A stretch of 28,555 nt of DNA from a virus (IMGVR_UViG_3300021444_000005:1-28555), one strand, 5' to 3'; counted from the stretch's first letter, positions 7,001 to 16,135 are shown. The notes: generated from the letters alone by a model not told the origin. Program-made: numbers and translations.

Positions 7001-8539
7001 CGCTGCCGTCAGCGTATTGACAGGGTAATCTTCTGCCGTGATCGTGAGGGAGCCGTTCTTGTCTTCCTCAATGGCCGTAATCCTCACTGGCACGCGGTTC
7101 ATGCCAAGCTGAGGATCGGTCAGCGTCACCAAGTCCATCGGCTCAAGAATGGCGAAGTTCCAGCCGAGTTTGAATTCGTATGTGTTGCGGATATTGATGA
7201 GGCGCTGAAGCATCAGTTGCACAACGGATCGCGCCGAAGTCGAGTTGCAAACCTCTGGCATGTCCAGCACCGACATTGAGCGCAGGCCGTAATTCTGAAT
7301 GGACAGCAGGTCTTCCGCGTCAGCTACGTCGGGATTGTAATCAATATCACGATTGCTGAAAGTGGCCCGGACGTGGTTGTACGCATCGGCAGGCGATACC
7401 CGCGTAACCTTGATCGGGTCTTCATTTCCATCAACGATAAACTGGTCGTCCGTCAGATCGTACAGTGGCGTATTGACGGGTGTGAAGACAGCGCCGTTAC
7501 CGGATGCAGCCGTGTCGCTGAATGGCAGGATTTTGAGCAGGCCATCGGAGAACACGATACCACTGTTCGTGATGTTCATCAGCGCCGTCAAGATATCCGA
7601 CATCGGCTTCTGGTCCTGATACACAGGACTGATGAAAACCGAATTGGCAACGCAGTAATTGCTGAACTGCGTCACGTCGCCGATCTTGTTGGCCGGGAAT
7701 CCCAGGCCGTAACGCGGATTCGTCAGCAAGTCAATGATGACGTCCTTTGGATTGGCGTCACGATTCGATGCCGAGAATCCTGACGCCGTATCCACCTCAA
7801 AAGAGTGGTTTGACAGGTCCGGGATATCCCCCATCGCATAGGAACTCGCCGCAACATAGGCTGTTCCGCGATATCCCAGGTCTTGACCAGGATGCTTTGA
7901 CGTCATCCATGCCGGCGCAGTTTGCGTCAGCGTGCCGGTGTACAAGCTCAATCCGAGGGCGCTGGATGCGTCGCCCGTGCCAGAAGTAACAGTGTACGAA
8001 TACGAGATATACAACTGGCCGAGAGCGTATGACTGGAACGTGTAGTTGCCGTGCGCATCCACGGTGTAATCTGTGCCGGCAACCAGCGTCACCCAGCTAC
8101 CGGCATTGAGCACTTGCTGCACGCCCAAATCACCGTAGAAGTTGGCGGAATTTACGACGGTGACGGTAGGATTCGACGAAAACGCGACATGGTATTCGTT
8201 GCGCACAGTCAGAATGCCAGACGTAATGGCCTGCCCGACATAAACGTTTTTGTCTTTCCAAATCTTCGGCAGGCTGTTGATGACGCCCTCACAGATCGCC
8301 ATTTCAAACGCCGTCGAATAAGTGTAACTCGTCGTGGTCGAATGTCCTCCCTTACCACCTGACGATGTTTGATTGCCCGTCGCCACAAAGTCGCCGTACC
8401 AGATGAGATTTCCCGACACGCGGGCGCGGCCATACACCAGAGGGATGGGCCTGTCCCGTGCCGATGTCTGCAAACGTAAAGTTGATACCGGCGTGGTCGG
8501 CGGCAGGGATGCTGTTTTTGGCGTAAGCAAGCCGGACAT
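4031..8539 (-). CDS. Tail tip/hub-central fibre protein (lambda J / GTA megatron-like) with C-terminal peptidase S74 intramolecular chaperone, 1502 aa
   Basis: SD AGGGG before ATG 8539; PIPLVYGRARVSGNLIW, GYRGTAYV, LEPMDLVTL motifs; FN3-like segments; SDVRTKENI...HYGFISQDV...YTEFIPPIVKAIQEL chaperone signature. Confidence 0.9.
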   Translation of the reverse strand: MSGLLTPKTASLPPTTPVSTLRLQTSARDRPIPLVYGRARVSGNLIWYGDFVATGNQTSSGGKGGHSTTTSYTYSTAFEMAICEGVINSLPKIWKDKNVYVGQAITSGILTVRNEYHVAFSSNPTVTVVNSANFYGDLGVQQVLNAGSWVTLVAGTDYTVDAHGNYTFQSYALGQLYISYSYTVTSGTGDASSALGLSLYTGTLTQTAPAWMTSKHPGQDLGYRGTAYVAASSYAMGDIPDLSNHSFEVDTASGFSASNRDANPKDVIIDLLTNPRYGLGFPANKIGDVTQFSNYCVANSVFISPVYQDQKPMSDILTALMNITNSGIVFSDGLLKILPFSDTAASGNGAVFTPVNTPLYDLTDDQFIVDGNEDPIKVTRVSPADAYNHVRATFSNRDIDYNPDVADAEDLLSIQNYGLRSMSVLDMPEVCNSTSARSVVQLMLQRLINIRNTYEFKLGWNFAILEPMDLVTLTDPQLGMNRVPVRITAIEEDKNGSLTITAEDYPVNTLTAAAYNIQPAGGYSTNYNVDPGSALTPVIFEAPVTLAGNKLGLEIWLATGSTNANYGGCQIWVSTDNATYVQAGELVGSSRFGMTTSSLGAQSASGMYNDTVGVQLSAGGQLLAATENDAELLNTLCYLDGEYTAYRDATLTGAGAYTIGRLNRGAYYSLPVAHASGVQFVRCDDAIAKLALNSVQYVGQTIYVKLLAYNIYGGAVQSLANVTATSYAVTGKFVNAPPIEVSGFGLQGTFNIGTAKIQWNAVPNAVSYDVQVWAGTTLAKVRDVVVGNSLTFDYTALDATADGGPWRSLTFKVAPISATGIYGAYNTLVVNNPQVGVLANATVTAGPLNMQFHCTLPTDPDYAGIRIYMSTTTGFTPGPSNLVHDGPSNSVTVSYDASGIAIANGTVYYVRAAGYDTLGKDSLNFTSELSFTGALAASSKNAQAYLYQWSPTQPGNPSGTSTYTWATGVSSAYSGGNGWQNTVPTNPGTPGLLLWITSTAVTAASSATTTSVTWTGVTNVYNSAQNGAAGTPGTQASTPTIYTWAATIPSPPSGTVSYTWSSGALSAIPSGWFATPGSGSPGQTLWADKVNLVDTAGATSTSFNWSSGSISAVGYNGSNGGTGTAGASYRTAYLASSVSSPSTSPNPQTDSGSTTTPGNNTVFWGLGGSWSTSPPTLSAGQYQYQSDGIYNPATNQTTWSIPYWSSLKVGSLSAISANLGTVTSGTIIGNLIETATSGQRIAINESNNNELKAYDSSGNLVCEIGGSSGTIYVPNTSSLSPSIYGTITGAAAAVAGQNNGSGAAVQGINSSSGAAGRFVNSASGLALSVTGPNTIDGAITVTARAAGASNAQMNSVIAVTDNAYQCGYLGARWQNIYAANNVIQTSDVRTKENIETCEFGLQFIMQLQPKQYTMIVGQNIVSEDENGNTVITPRKGVRTHYGFISQDVKVIIGDRNLAMWSLENKDDPNSSQALMYTEFIPPIVKAIQELTTRVVALEAKNQ

Positions 8540-8540
8540 G

Positions 8541-8966
8541 TTATTCCCCTTCAGGCAGGATGCTGTAGAACGACCTGACGCGGCCGCGCATGTGGCCTTG
8601 TTCCGCATCGGCCAAGATGCAGCCATCCGTCAGGTACGAGTGTATGATTTCAGGCCACTGTACGACAATCGCGCCGTGACTGATACACCGGCCGAATTGG
8701 AACAGCGCCACGTCGCCAGGCTGAGGCGTTTGCACCTCGCGGCAGTATTGCTTGATCCAGCCGAGATACCTCTCTTCGTCGCGGTGCAGATGCCAATCTG
8801 GCGGATATGGTCGGGGGTCGATATCAGGCAAAAGGCCTACGCGATGATAGACCTCGATGAGCAGCATGGCGCAATCCACGCCAACTCCTTTGATGCGCCC
8901 TTGGTGATGATATGGCGTCTTGAGCCAGCTATGCGCTTCCGCCAGGATGGCCGAGCGCATCTTCAT
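8541..8966 (-). CDS. NlpC/P60 tail-associated peptidase
   Basis: WLKTPYHHQGRIKGVGVDCA, PGDVALF, HGAIV, IIHSY. Confidence 0.92.
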   Translation of the reverse strand: MKMRSAILAEAHSWLKTPYHHQGRIKGVGVDCAMLLIEVYHRVGLLPDIDPRPYPPDWHLHRDEERYLGWIKQYCREVQTPQPGDVALFQFGRCISHGAIVVQWPEIIHSYLTDGCILADAEQGHMRGRVRSFYSILPEGE

Positions 8967-9829
8967 GTCGCAGTCTCAGGGCTTGGCACATACGGGAATC
9001 CTCGGAAGTTGACGACGTTGGAGAACTTGCCGGTGCAAGTCGATTGCAGCTTGTCGCAGCCAGGCCATGCAGTGAACGTATCGCCGGCCGCAGGAACATT
9101 GGGCAGCGCGTTCATCAGCGCAAAAGTCGTCACGCCAGAGGATGCTGAACCCGTACGCACCGAGCGCGACAGCCCGGAATTCGCGCCAGAGGTAAATTGA
9201 ATTGTGCCGAGGCTGAAATAGCCGTCTGCCTGGGACATGTTGGCGACGACCGTGACGGTACTAAGCAGCCCAGAAGATGCCACGGTGCCTGTCACTGCAA
9301 ACGAAGCTTTGTTCAAGCTGCAAATCGGATCGTACAGCGTGTTGAGGCAGCCGGACTGGAACATATCACGCGGGATTTGCGTGTCGAACAGTTCCAGTTC
9401 TGACTTAACCGAAATGCCGATTTCTGTACGCGACGGCGTGACCTGCGATACGTGGCCGCTGAACATGACGATGGTGCCAAGCGACGTATCGCCCCAGGTC
9501 GGCATGAACAGACGCTCAAGCTTTACTTGTGCACCATCAAGCGCCCCGGACCATACCGCAGCGCCCCAAGGTTGACCATTGATAAGGTCAGAGGATGACG
9601 GGTTGACGGTAATCTTCACTTCATCCACTTGCACGCCGATGCTCGTCTTGATGCCATCACGTGCGATATTGAATTTGCTGAACAGGTTTCCGCCGTAAGT
9701 GATGCTGATATCCGCATCGCAGTAACGCAGCACAGAACCGCCGACAAGCGTGATCGTGTACAGGTCCGACATGATGAACTGCTTGCCGGTATTGAGGTAA
9801 TTAATGAGTGCTGTAGATGCGCTTTTCAT
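8963..9829 (-). CDS. Tail tip/hub protein (DUF2163, BR0599-like C-terminus)
   Basis: C(LNTLYDPI)C and GCDKLQSTCTGKFSNVVNFRGFPYVP Cys motifs; synteny. Confidence 0.88.
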   Translation of the reverse strand: MKSASTALINYLNTGKQFIMSDLYTITLVGGSVLRYCDADISITYGGNLFSKFNIARDGIKTSIGVQVDEVKITVNPSSSDLINGQPWGAAVWSGALDGAQVKLERLFMPTWGDTSLGTIVMFSGHVSQVTPSRTEIGISVKSELELFDTQIPRDMFQSGCLNTLYDPICSLNKASFAVTGTVASSGLLSTVTVVANMSQADGYFSLGTIQFTSGANSGLSRSVRTGSASSGVTTFALMNALPNVPAAGDTFTAWPGCDKLQSTCTGKFSNVVNFRGFPYVPSPETAT

Positions 9830-10419
9830 AGCTTGACGGAGATGAATTCGACTTTTTTATTGGTCCACAAGTTCTGCAGAAATTCTTCAAACTCTGATTC
9901 ATCCTGCAGGAATCGGCAGCGGTAATAGAAATTACCCGTCCACGTCACAGACGAACCGGCCGGCGGCGCTGAATTCAATGTCACAAGTCCGGTGTTTGGA
10001 TCGGTAGAACCCGACGCCACGGAACCATTTACATAGACCTGCAATGTGGCGATATTAGGCGCAGTCACCGGCTCAACGTAACCGCCGACAGCCTTGGTCA
10101 ATTGAAAAATCTTCGTGGTACCGTCGCCGACGGCGATCACTTCGGCGGTGGCCGTGTTGTTGCTTGGATCGGAGTACAGGAAGGTATCGAACTGTCCCTG
10201 GCGAGCGTTGAAGAAGCCGATCAGCGTCTGCAGTTCTACATACGCTGGATCAGACCGCAGGAATTCATAGGATAGTTGAAACCGATACAGCGGGTAGCTG
10301 TAATACGCCAAGCGAAATTCCCTGCCGCTCGCGGTCTTCTTTACGCCAGTGGACCAAATGGGAACCTTGAGGTTAGACCATTCGACACCTGGCAAAGTAG
10401 GGAAAATAGCACTGCTCAT
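9826..10419 (-). CDS. Distal tail protein (DUF2460-like)
   Basis: TASGREFR, FFNARQGQFDTFLYSDP, GDGTTKIFQL; directly after the tape measure gene. Confidence 0.88.
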   Translation of the reverse strand: MSSAIFPTLPGVEWSNLKVPIWSTGVKKTASGREFRLAYYSYPLYRFQLSYEFLRSDPAYVELQTLIGFFNARQGQFDTFLYSDPSNNTATAEVIAVGDGTTKIFQLTKAVGGYVEPVTAPNIATLQVYVNGSVASGSTDPNTGLVTLNSAPPAGSSVTWTGNFYYRCRFLQDESEFEEFLQNLWTNKKVEFISVKL

Positions 10420-12842
10420 CGTTTTCCAGTAAAGGTAAAGTTCCGATTCAGCTTCTTGAGAATGTCCGGCAAATCGCGCAGCTTGATTGTGTCATCCGGC
10501 GAACCATGGATATGGATTGTACCTTGGCTACCGCCCCCGTTGTCGGCCATGTTACGGATCACGTCAGCCTGCTTCGCTGGCAGCACCATTTCCTTTTCGT
10601 GTAGCTGCGTAACCGGATTCACGCCGGCCGGAATATCGAAGCCGTTGCGCGCCGAAAACGATGCAAAATCTAGAACAGCCGCGCCTGCTTCTGCCGCTGC
10701 TGCTGGTGCCAGTTCCGGGCCTACGATTGGAATAGCAGCTGTAGATGCAAACGCGCTCGCTTTAGCCACTAAAGCGGAATCCTTAATCTGAGACAGTGCA
10801 GTGACGGCGCTGGCAACTTTCGCTTGAATCATGCCGTAAATCCACTGCGCGGCGACTTTGACGCCAAGGTCAACCACTGAACCCAGGAGCGTACCAAGAA
10901 TACTTTTGATGCCAGTGGAAAGCGATTCTGTCGCGTTCAGGATTTTTGAAAAGTTGTCAGTGACACTGGTGCCGATACTGTCAAAGACGTTGCGAAAATC
11001 CTTCTCACTCTCAATCTGCGCCTTGTTGTTAATGGCCTGCACGTTGGCCAGGTGCTTCGCCTCTAACTCAAGTTTCTGGTCATTGAGCTTCTGGATTTCG
11101 ACGAGGTTCTTGGTCGGGTCTTTTTTCAGCAGCTCAAGGCGATCTTGCAAAGCCTTTGTCTGGATTCCGTAAAGATCATCCTCGAAAGACTGCTCCAGCG
11201 CCAGGCGTTGCTTGTTATTGATCTGGCCTAGCGCAAGCTGTTGGTCAGCCGCTGCCTTTTGCGCATCGACGCCAGCAGTAGCCGATGCCTGCTCAAACGC
11301 AATCGACTCTTCCGTCAGCGCCTTGCGGTTCGCGTTGTCCTTTTTGAGGACTGCTAACTCCGCATCGGACGCCTTCTTGCGCACAGCCTGGTAGATGTCA
11401 GAACCCTTAGCTAGAACGAGCTTCTGTTGCCAGAAAGCCGCCTCGTCTTCCAGCGACAGCTCTTGCAAATCATGCTCGCGCAGATAGGCCGCTTTCTGTT
11501 CGGACAGTTCTGCTTCCCACTGTTTCAAGCGGTCGTCTTTTGCTTTATTGACTGCCCCCGAAGAACTTTTACCGTCTTTACTAGGTGCAGCAGGAGGTTC
11601 CTTTGGCTTCTTTGTTGGATCGCCTAGCAAAACTTTGTCGATATCATCTGCGCCTTTTCGGGCAATCTCCACCATCTTATCGGTGGCCTCTTGAAAATTT
11701 TTTGCTATTGCATCATCGGTCTCTTTTTGCACCCTTTTTATGCCGGCCCAACCTTCTGTAAAGGCCGCTACAGCAGCTCTACCGACTCCACCGAGACGAA
11801 TTAAAATTTCATTTACAGATCCAGTTATGAGAACAGCACCTTCCTGTATGCCGATACGAAATGCGATGAATGCAACTTCAATTGTTTTTATGAGGTTGAC
11901 GAAAATTGAAAGGGGCGTGATGACAGAACCGCTCGGTCCAAATGCGTCATTAAAAATATTAGCTATAGGGATAATCGTCCCTTTTACCGCCTCCAGCAGG
12001 GAAAAGACACTATCTTTTAGTGCATCTTGCACAGTAAGATATCCCTGCATGGCGACACGCGTCACTTTTACCGCATCAGGTCCCTGTTCAGAAAACCATT
12101 CTCCCAATTGCGCCAAACGAGGCACCAATTCGGAGCCGATTGTGTTGCTGATTCCTTCCATAACCTCATGGACGCCTGCTAAAGCCTTTTTGTATTTACC
12201 AAGGTCATCAACGGCCTTTTGACCAACTACCAAATTAAGGTCTTCTGCTCGCTGCCTAGTCTCTTCTGTCTCGCCCTTGAACTTATTTACGAAACCAGAA
12301 ACCTCCGACCACGAACGGCCGTAAATCTTCAAGCCCTCTACATTTCGGTCTGTCCCTGATTTAAATTCTCGCAGACGATCATTAGTCGCCAGAAGGATAT
12401 CTTTCGTGCTGAGGAAATTACCGTTGGAGTCACGCGTGGCAACGCCAAGCTTTTTGAAGGAGTCTTCGTTGTTGAGAAGGGCAATGTCTATTTTGTTGGC
12501 CGCGTTCTGCACCGTATCGGCAGATACACCAACTGCTGCCAATGCAGATTTGAAATAAGATGCTTCGGTGGCACTGATGCCCAATGCCTTGCCGAGTCCG
12601 AGCGCTTCCTGCGTGGAGTCTATGGAGGATTTGACGAACTCTTTGAGTGCAGCGCCGCCAGCTAGGACGGCAGTGAAAGCAGCGAAGCTACCGGATATTT
12701 TTTCAAAGACACTGTTCAGTCCTTCAAAATGCTCCTTGATTTCACTGACGCCCTCTTTAACAGCGGCGCTCGCTTCCTTTATCCCTGCTTTCAACGGGTC
12801 CGCTGTCGCGGTTATTTCGACTTGTACTTTATCGTCAGCCAC
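10416..12842 (-). CDS. Tape measure protein (~808 aa)
   Basis: GTG 12842 after SD GGAGG; Ala/Lys/Glu-rich helical sequence; C-terminal AAIPIVGPELAP and SARNGFDIPAGVNPVTQLHEKEMVLP motifs; follows the chaperone genes. Confidence 0.9.
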   Translation of the reverse strand: MADDKVQVEITATADPLKAGIKEASAAVKEGVSEIKEHFEGLNSVFEKISGSFAAFTAVLAGGAALKEFVKSSIDSTQEALGLGKALGISATEASYFKSALAAVGVSADTVQNAANKIDIALLNNEDSFKKLGVATRDSNGNFLSTKDILLATNDRLREFKSGTDRNVEGLKIYGRSWSEVSGFVNKFKGETEETRQRAEDLNLVVGQKAVDDLGKYKKALAGVHEVMEGISNTIGSELVPRLAQLGEWFSEQGPDAVKVTRVAMQGYLTVQDALKDSVFSLLEAVKGTIIPIANIFNDAFGPSGSVITPLSIFVNLIKTIEVAFIAFRIGIQEGAVLITGSVNEILIRLGGVGRAAVAAFTEGWAGIKRVQKETDDAIAKNFQEATDKMVEIARKGADDIDKVLLGDPTKKPKEPPAAPSKDGKSSSGAVNKAKDDRLKQWEAELSEQKAAYLREHDLQELSLEDEAAFWQQKLVLAKGSDIYQAVRKKASDAELAVLKKDNANRKALTEESIAFEQASATAGVDAQKAAADQQLALGQINNKQRLALEQSFEDDLYGIQTKALQDRLELLKKDPTKNLVEIQKLNDQKLELEAKHLANVQAINNKAQIESEKDFRNVFDSIGTSVTDNFSKILNATESLSTGIKSILGTLLGSVVDLGVKVAAQWIYGMIQAKVASAVTALSQIKDSALVAKASAFASTAAIPIVGPELAPAAAAEAGAAVLDFASFSARNGFDIPAGVNPVTQLHEKEMVLPAKQADVIRNMADNGGGSQGTIHIHGSPDDTIKLRDLPDILKKLNRNFTFTGKR

Positions 12843-13076
12843 TCTGGCCTCCGTCAATAAAGGCCATCAGCGATTGAGCCATATCCTGGGCTTTCACTTT
12901 GACCGGTTTTTTCAGCCCGAAATACAGGGCCACGGATATGTGGACTGGTGGGGAGTATTGCCAGTATCGGTTCAGCGCTTCAAGACGAGGGAAATCAATT
13001 TCGTGGCGCACCTGGTCGTAGGTCATGCCGGTAGAACAGACCAAGTGCGCATACAGTTCGTCCCAATCTAGCGGCT
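12835..13076 (-). CDS. Tail assembly chaperone extension (gpT-like), reached by -1 frameshift
   Basis: The -1 frame (EPLDWDELYAHLVCSTGMTY...) is open through the end of the upstream chaperone and has no convincing start of its own. Confidence 0.7.
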
Positions 13077-13388
13077 CTCCCCCTTCGCCTCCCCCGCGGC
13101 ATCGCCTTTCGATTTCAGGCCTGACGTGTTCATGACGGCCAGCATGACGTCCTGCATGTTGGCGATGTCAACCAGCTCGGCCACTTGGTCGCGTGTCATG
13201 TCCGGGTAATTGCGCTTCAGGGAAGCGTGCAGTGCGTCGATCACCACCGACACGTCGCCCAAGCCACCCTTGTAATTCACCAGGCGATCTTGTAGCGCTT
13301 CGACCGATGCCAGACTCAGCGGCGGCACAATCAACGTGCTGCCGTCTGCGAAATCAATGGCCGTACCTTTTACTCGCGGTGTCGTCAT
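13068..13388 (-). CDS. Tail assembly chaperone (gpG-like)
   Basis: 106 aa between tail tube and tape measure; ends in G GGG GAG slippery-type sites. Confidence 0.8.
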   Translation of the reverse strand: MTTPRVKGTAIDFADGSTLIVPPLSLASVEALQDRLVNYKGGLGDVSVVIDALHASLKRNYPDMTRDQVAELVDIANMQDVMLAVMNTSGLKSKGDAAGEAKGESR

Positions 13389-13400
13389 GTCAGCGTCCTA

Positions 13401-14165
13401 TTAGATGTCGCTCAGCGAGTAGGTCATGATCTGACCGTTTGCAGAGGCGAATGCAGAGAAGTCGAATTCGGGAATCAGGAAGTCATCCTGCTTCGTAGCA
13501 AACGACAGCTTGGAGCCGATGCAGTTCGGCAGCGTAATGATCAGATTCTTGCCGTTGTATGGCAAGTTGAAGTCGGCGCGGAACGTCGGCGCGTAGCCCA
13601 TCGGCAGGTTGATGATGGTGGACTGCACGGCCGTGGTGCTCGTCGCCGTGTACTGAAAGTTGATGAATACCGTGGTGCCGGTATCGGCAGCAGCAAATGT
13701 GTAGACGCCAGCCGCGACCGTGTATTGACCAGTCGCAGGCGCGGAGGCCACGCGTTTCAGAGGCAAGCCGTTGGAGTTACGCACGCCTAAGTCTTGGCTC
13801 CACGTACCGCTACCAGGAACAGTTGGCGTGACCGAATATGGCGACGAAGGAATCACTGAACCGGTCGTATCGAACACATCGTTGATTACGCCATTGGTCA
13901 GAGTCTGGCCGAAGAACAGCGAGTTGAACAGCGATCCGTTGAGCTGCGCGACCTTCGCTTTTCCTTCTACCTTTCCCTTGCCGCGACCGATGGCGACCGC
14001 GAATTGCAGGTTACCGGTCAGTTCCTTGGTGTCGAAACTGATGTCCAGCGACACGTCCTGCATGGTGCCGAACTGCACAGGCGAGGGATTGGCGATAGGG
14101 TTGCCGTAAGCGTCCGCAGTTGGCGTACCCCACAGTTGGCCGGAGCCGAAAACATATTGAGCCAT
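13401..14165 (-). CDS. Major tail tube protein
   Basis: 254 aa, beta-rich; SD AAAGGA; position before the chaperones and TMP; no sheath gene present. Confidence 0.82.
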   Translation of the reverse strand: MAQYVFGSGQLWGTPTADAYGNPIANPSPVQFGTMQDVSLDISFDTKELTGNLQFAVAIGRGKGKVEGKAKVAQLNGSLFNSLFFGQTLTNGVINDVFDTTGSVIPSSPYSVTPTVPGSGTWSQDLGVRNSNGLPLKRVASAPATGQYTVAAGVYTFAAADTGTTVFINFQYTATSTTAVQSTIINLPMGYAPTFRADFNLPYNGKNLIITLPNCIGSKLSFATKQDDFLIPEFDFSAFASANGQIMTYSLSDI

Positions 14166-14180
14166 GATGATCCTTTCAGT

Positions 14181-14384
14181 TTAAGCGTGGTCTTCGTGGT
14201 CGTTCACCACGTCAGCTACCGGCGTGGGCGTGATAGGGATTGCGTTGAGCATCGTGAAACCATTCACGATAGCTACTTCGATGTGCCGTGGTTCTTGGAT
14301 ATCCACGCAGCCATCGGCATCAGCGGTGTACTCGACGCCGCCGATATTGATGCTTTGTTGGCCGCTAGGGCTTTTGAGTTTCAT
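14181..14384 (-). CDS. Small virion-associated protein (67 aa), paralog of 15874-16095
   Basis: SD GGAG before ATG 14384; visible alignment to the post-capsid small protein. Confidence 0.75.
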   Translation of the reverse strand: MKLKSPSGQQSINIGGVEYTADADGCVDIQEPRHIEVAIVNGFTMLNAIPITPTPVADVVNDHEDHA

Positions 14385-14385
14385 G

Positions 14386-14814
14386 TCATTCTCCAACGAG
14401 GATAGAAATAGGAATAATGGCAACGCCAGTCTGACCCAGCACGCCTTCATCGGTCATGATGGGGCCGTCAATCCAGCAATCCTCGACCTGACCGCTCAGC
14501 GTCTGCCGATTCTCAATGCCTGGGTTTGGCGGCGCAAGAGAAAGCTGTACTGCGTCCACCAAGTTGTTAAGCAGCGTGGCCGACAGCACGCCATCTGGTG
14601 CCTGCACGTAGATGTAGACCTCGGCATGCATCGTATGCTTCGACGGCAAACGACGGCCAGTCTTGACGACTGCTTCGTCTTTCTGATGCACGTACAGCGC
14701 AGGGAACTCAGGGCAATCGGCCCAATGCGCCAGCTTTCGGCTGTACACCTTGACGTTAGGCACAGCCTGAATCAGCGCGAACAAGGCCGCATAGATGTTC
14801 TCGCGCACGATCAT
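14386..14814 (-). CDS. Tail terminator/completion protein
   Basis: 142 aa, acidic C-terminal half, FPALYV; position upstream of the tail tube gene. Confidence 0.65.
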   Translation of the reverse strand: MIVRENIYAALFALIQAVPNVKVYSRKLAHWADCPEFPALYVHQKDEAVVKTGRRLPSKHTMHAEVYIYVQAPDGVLSATLLNNLVDAVQLSLAPPNPGIENRQTLSGQVEDCWIDGPIMTDEGVLGQTGVAIIPISILVGE

Positions 14815-15314
14815 TTCTTGACCCCTTGCGACACGGCGTTGCGAATCCCGTCAAGGACATCGTTCTTCATTTCAGCCAGCGACGAACGCAGGTAAGACCG
14901 TTCAGGAACGTGCATATTGCGCGAGTGCGTATGGACCGTGATCTGGCGCGGCTCTTTCACTTCGCGCCCGAAAGCCTGCGTCATCATGCGCAGATGCTCT
15001 CGCACCGTCACCGTGCCGTCAAAGCCATATTCATGGACGCGGGCGTATTTAAGCTCTGCAGCTTCATTGATGCGCGAGCCGACAAAGGCCGACACGTTGC
15101 CGCCGCTGTTGTCTGCGCGCCATTGGATCGACGCGGCCAACGTACCGGTACGGCGCTTCAATACCTGGCCGGACAGCTTATTGACGACGACGTAGCTCTG
15201 CAAAGAAATCGCCAGGCGTTTTACTTCGGCAATCAACGCTTCGCGCACATTGGGTTCTACGCGACCAATGCGCGCAATGACTGCATCTGTGCCTTTGACG
15301 GTGCCGGAAATCAT
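14811..15314 (-). CDS. HK97 gp10-like neck/tail-completion protein
   Basis: RTGTLAASI, YARVHEYG, PERSYLRSSL motifs. Confidence 0.8.
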   Translation of the reverse strand: MISGTVKGTDAVIARIGRVEPNVREALIAEVKRLAISLQSYVVVNKLSGQVLKRRTGTLAASIQWRADNSGGNVSAFVGSRINEAAELKYARVHEYGFDGTVTVREHLRMMTQAFGREVKEPRQITVHTHSRNMHVPERSYLRSSLAEMKNDVLDGIRNAVSQGVKK

Positions 15315-15877
15315 AGAGGTATGACTTTCTTGTAGTTGTTCATCAGCGTAATGACCTGCGCCGGGAAATCCTTCAAGCTGAACGCCGTCGTTTCGCCGGC
15401 CAGCGCTTTCGAAGCCATGCCGATGCGATCACGCTCGCGCCAACGCGAACCGACAGTCTCAATACACGCCTGCTCGATTTCAAGCGGCAACGTGGCATAG
15501 CCTGCCGTGTATGAAATCAGCACATTGGCCTTACCGCGAGCAAAGGAATAGCCGCCAGCTAGGTAGATATTCCTTTGATCGAACGTGTAGCCTTGGGAGT
15601 TGAAAGTCCCATTTGCAACGGGGATAGACACACCATCAATCGTCACAGACGAAACCGAAATCAATGGATAATTTGCGGTCACCATAACGGTTGAAATCCC
15701 CGGACCGTTGCGCACCTCGTTGTAAGACGAGACGGCAAAAGTCCGGTTCATCCACTGCTGCATGAATCCGCTGCACGCCGAGATCAGACGAGTCAAGTCA
15801 GCGTCGTGGTCGGTCGAACTGATGTTCAACCAGCTTTTGACATTGGCGAGACTCGTCAGATCACCGGCAGCCATCAC
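15311..15877 (-). CDS. Head-tail connector/adaptor (HK97 gp6 / SPP1 gp15-like)
   Basis: LTSLANVKSWL..D.DLTRLI; ISYTAGY..LPLEIEQAC; C-terminal LMNNYK. Confidence 0.85.
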   Translation of the reverse strand: MMAAGDLTSLANVKSWLNISSTDHDADLTRLISACSGFMQQWMNRTFAVSSYNEVRNGPGISTVMVTANYPLISVSSVTIDGVSIPVANGTFNSQGYTFDQRNIYLAGGYSFARGKANVLISYTAGYATLPLEIEQACIETVGSRWRERDRIGMASKALAGETTAFSLKDFPAQVITLMNNYKKVIPL

Positions 15878-16095
15878 ACGCCTTTCTTGGCGTCGGTGAC
15901 GGTATCAGCCACAGCAGTTGGCGCGGCAGATTCGGTATCCGCATCATCGCCAACACGCACGAAACCGTGTGCGGCAATCTGCGACGTATCCACATCATCA
16001 GACACATTCACACAGCCCTTGCGATTCACGGCAAAAGACTGGCCGCCAATCGAAACGCTGCCGTTGTAGCCTTCCGGTGCTTTGAAAGTTTTCAT
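15874..16095 (-). CDS. Small virion-associated protein (73 aa)
   Basis: SD GGAG; directly after the major capsid gene; ATGA overlap with the adaptor. Confidence 0.75.
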   Translation of the reverse strand: MKTFKAPEGYNGSVSIGGQSFAVNRKGCVNVSDDVDTSQIAAHGFVRVGDDADTESAAPTAVADTVTDAKKGV

Positions 16096-16107
16096 TTCCA
16101 CTCTCCA

Positions 16108-16135
16108 GAAACATGCCCCGCCTTTCGACGGGGCA
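16108..16135 (-). terminator. Hairpin/weak terminator after the major capsid gene
   Basis: TGCCCCGTC-GAAA-GGCGGGGCA then TGTTTC; GNRA loop with an imperfect U tail, consistent with partial read-through. Confidence 0.6.

Noticed and set aside
4031-10419. Gene transfer agent
   Set aside because: The tail tip genes are RcGTA-like, but the head module differs and the homing endonuclease, complete linked lysis cassette and accessory genes indicate a phage.
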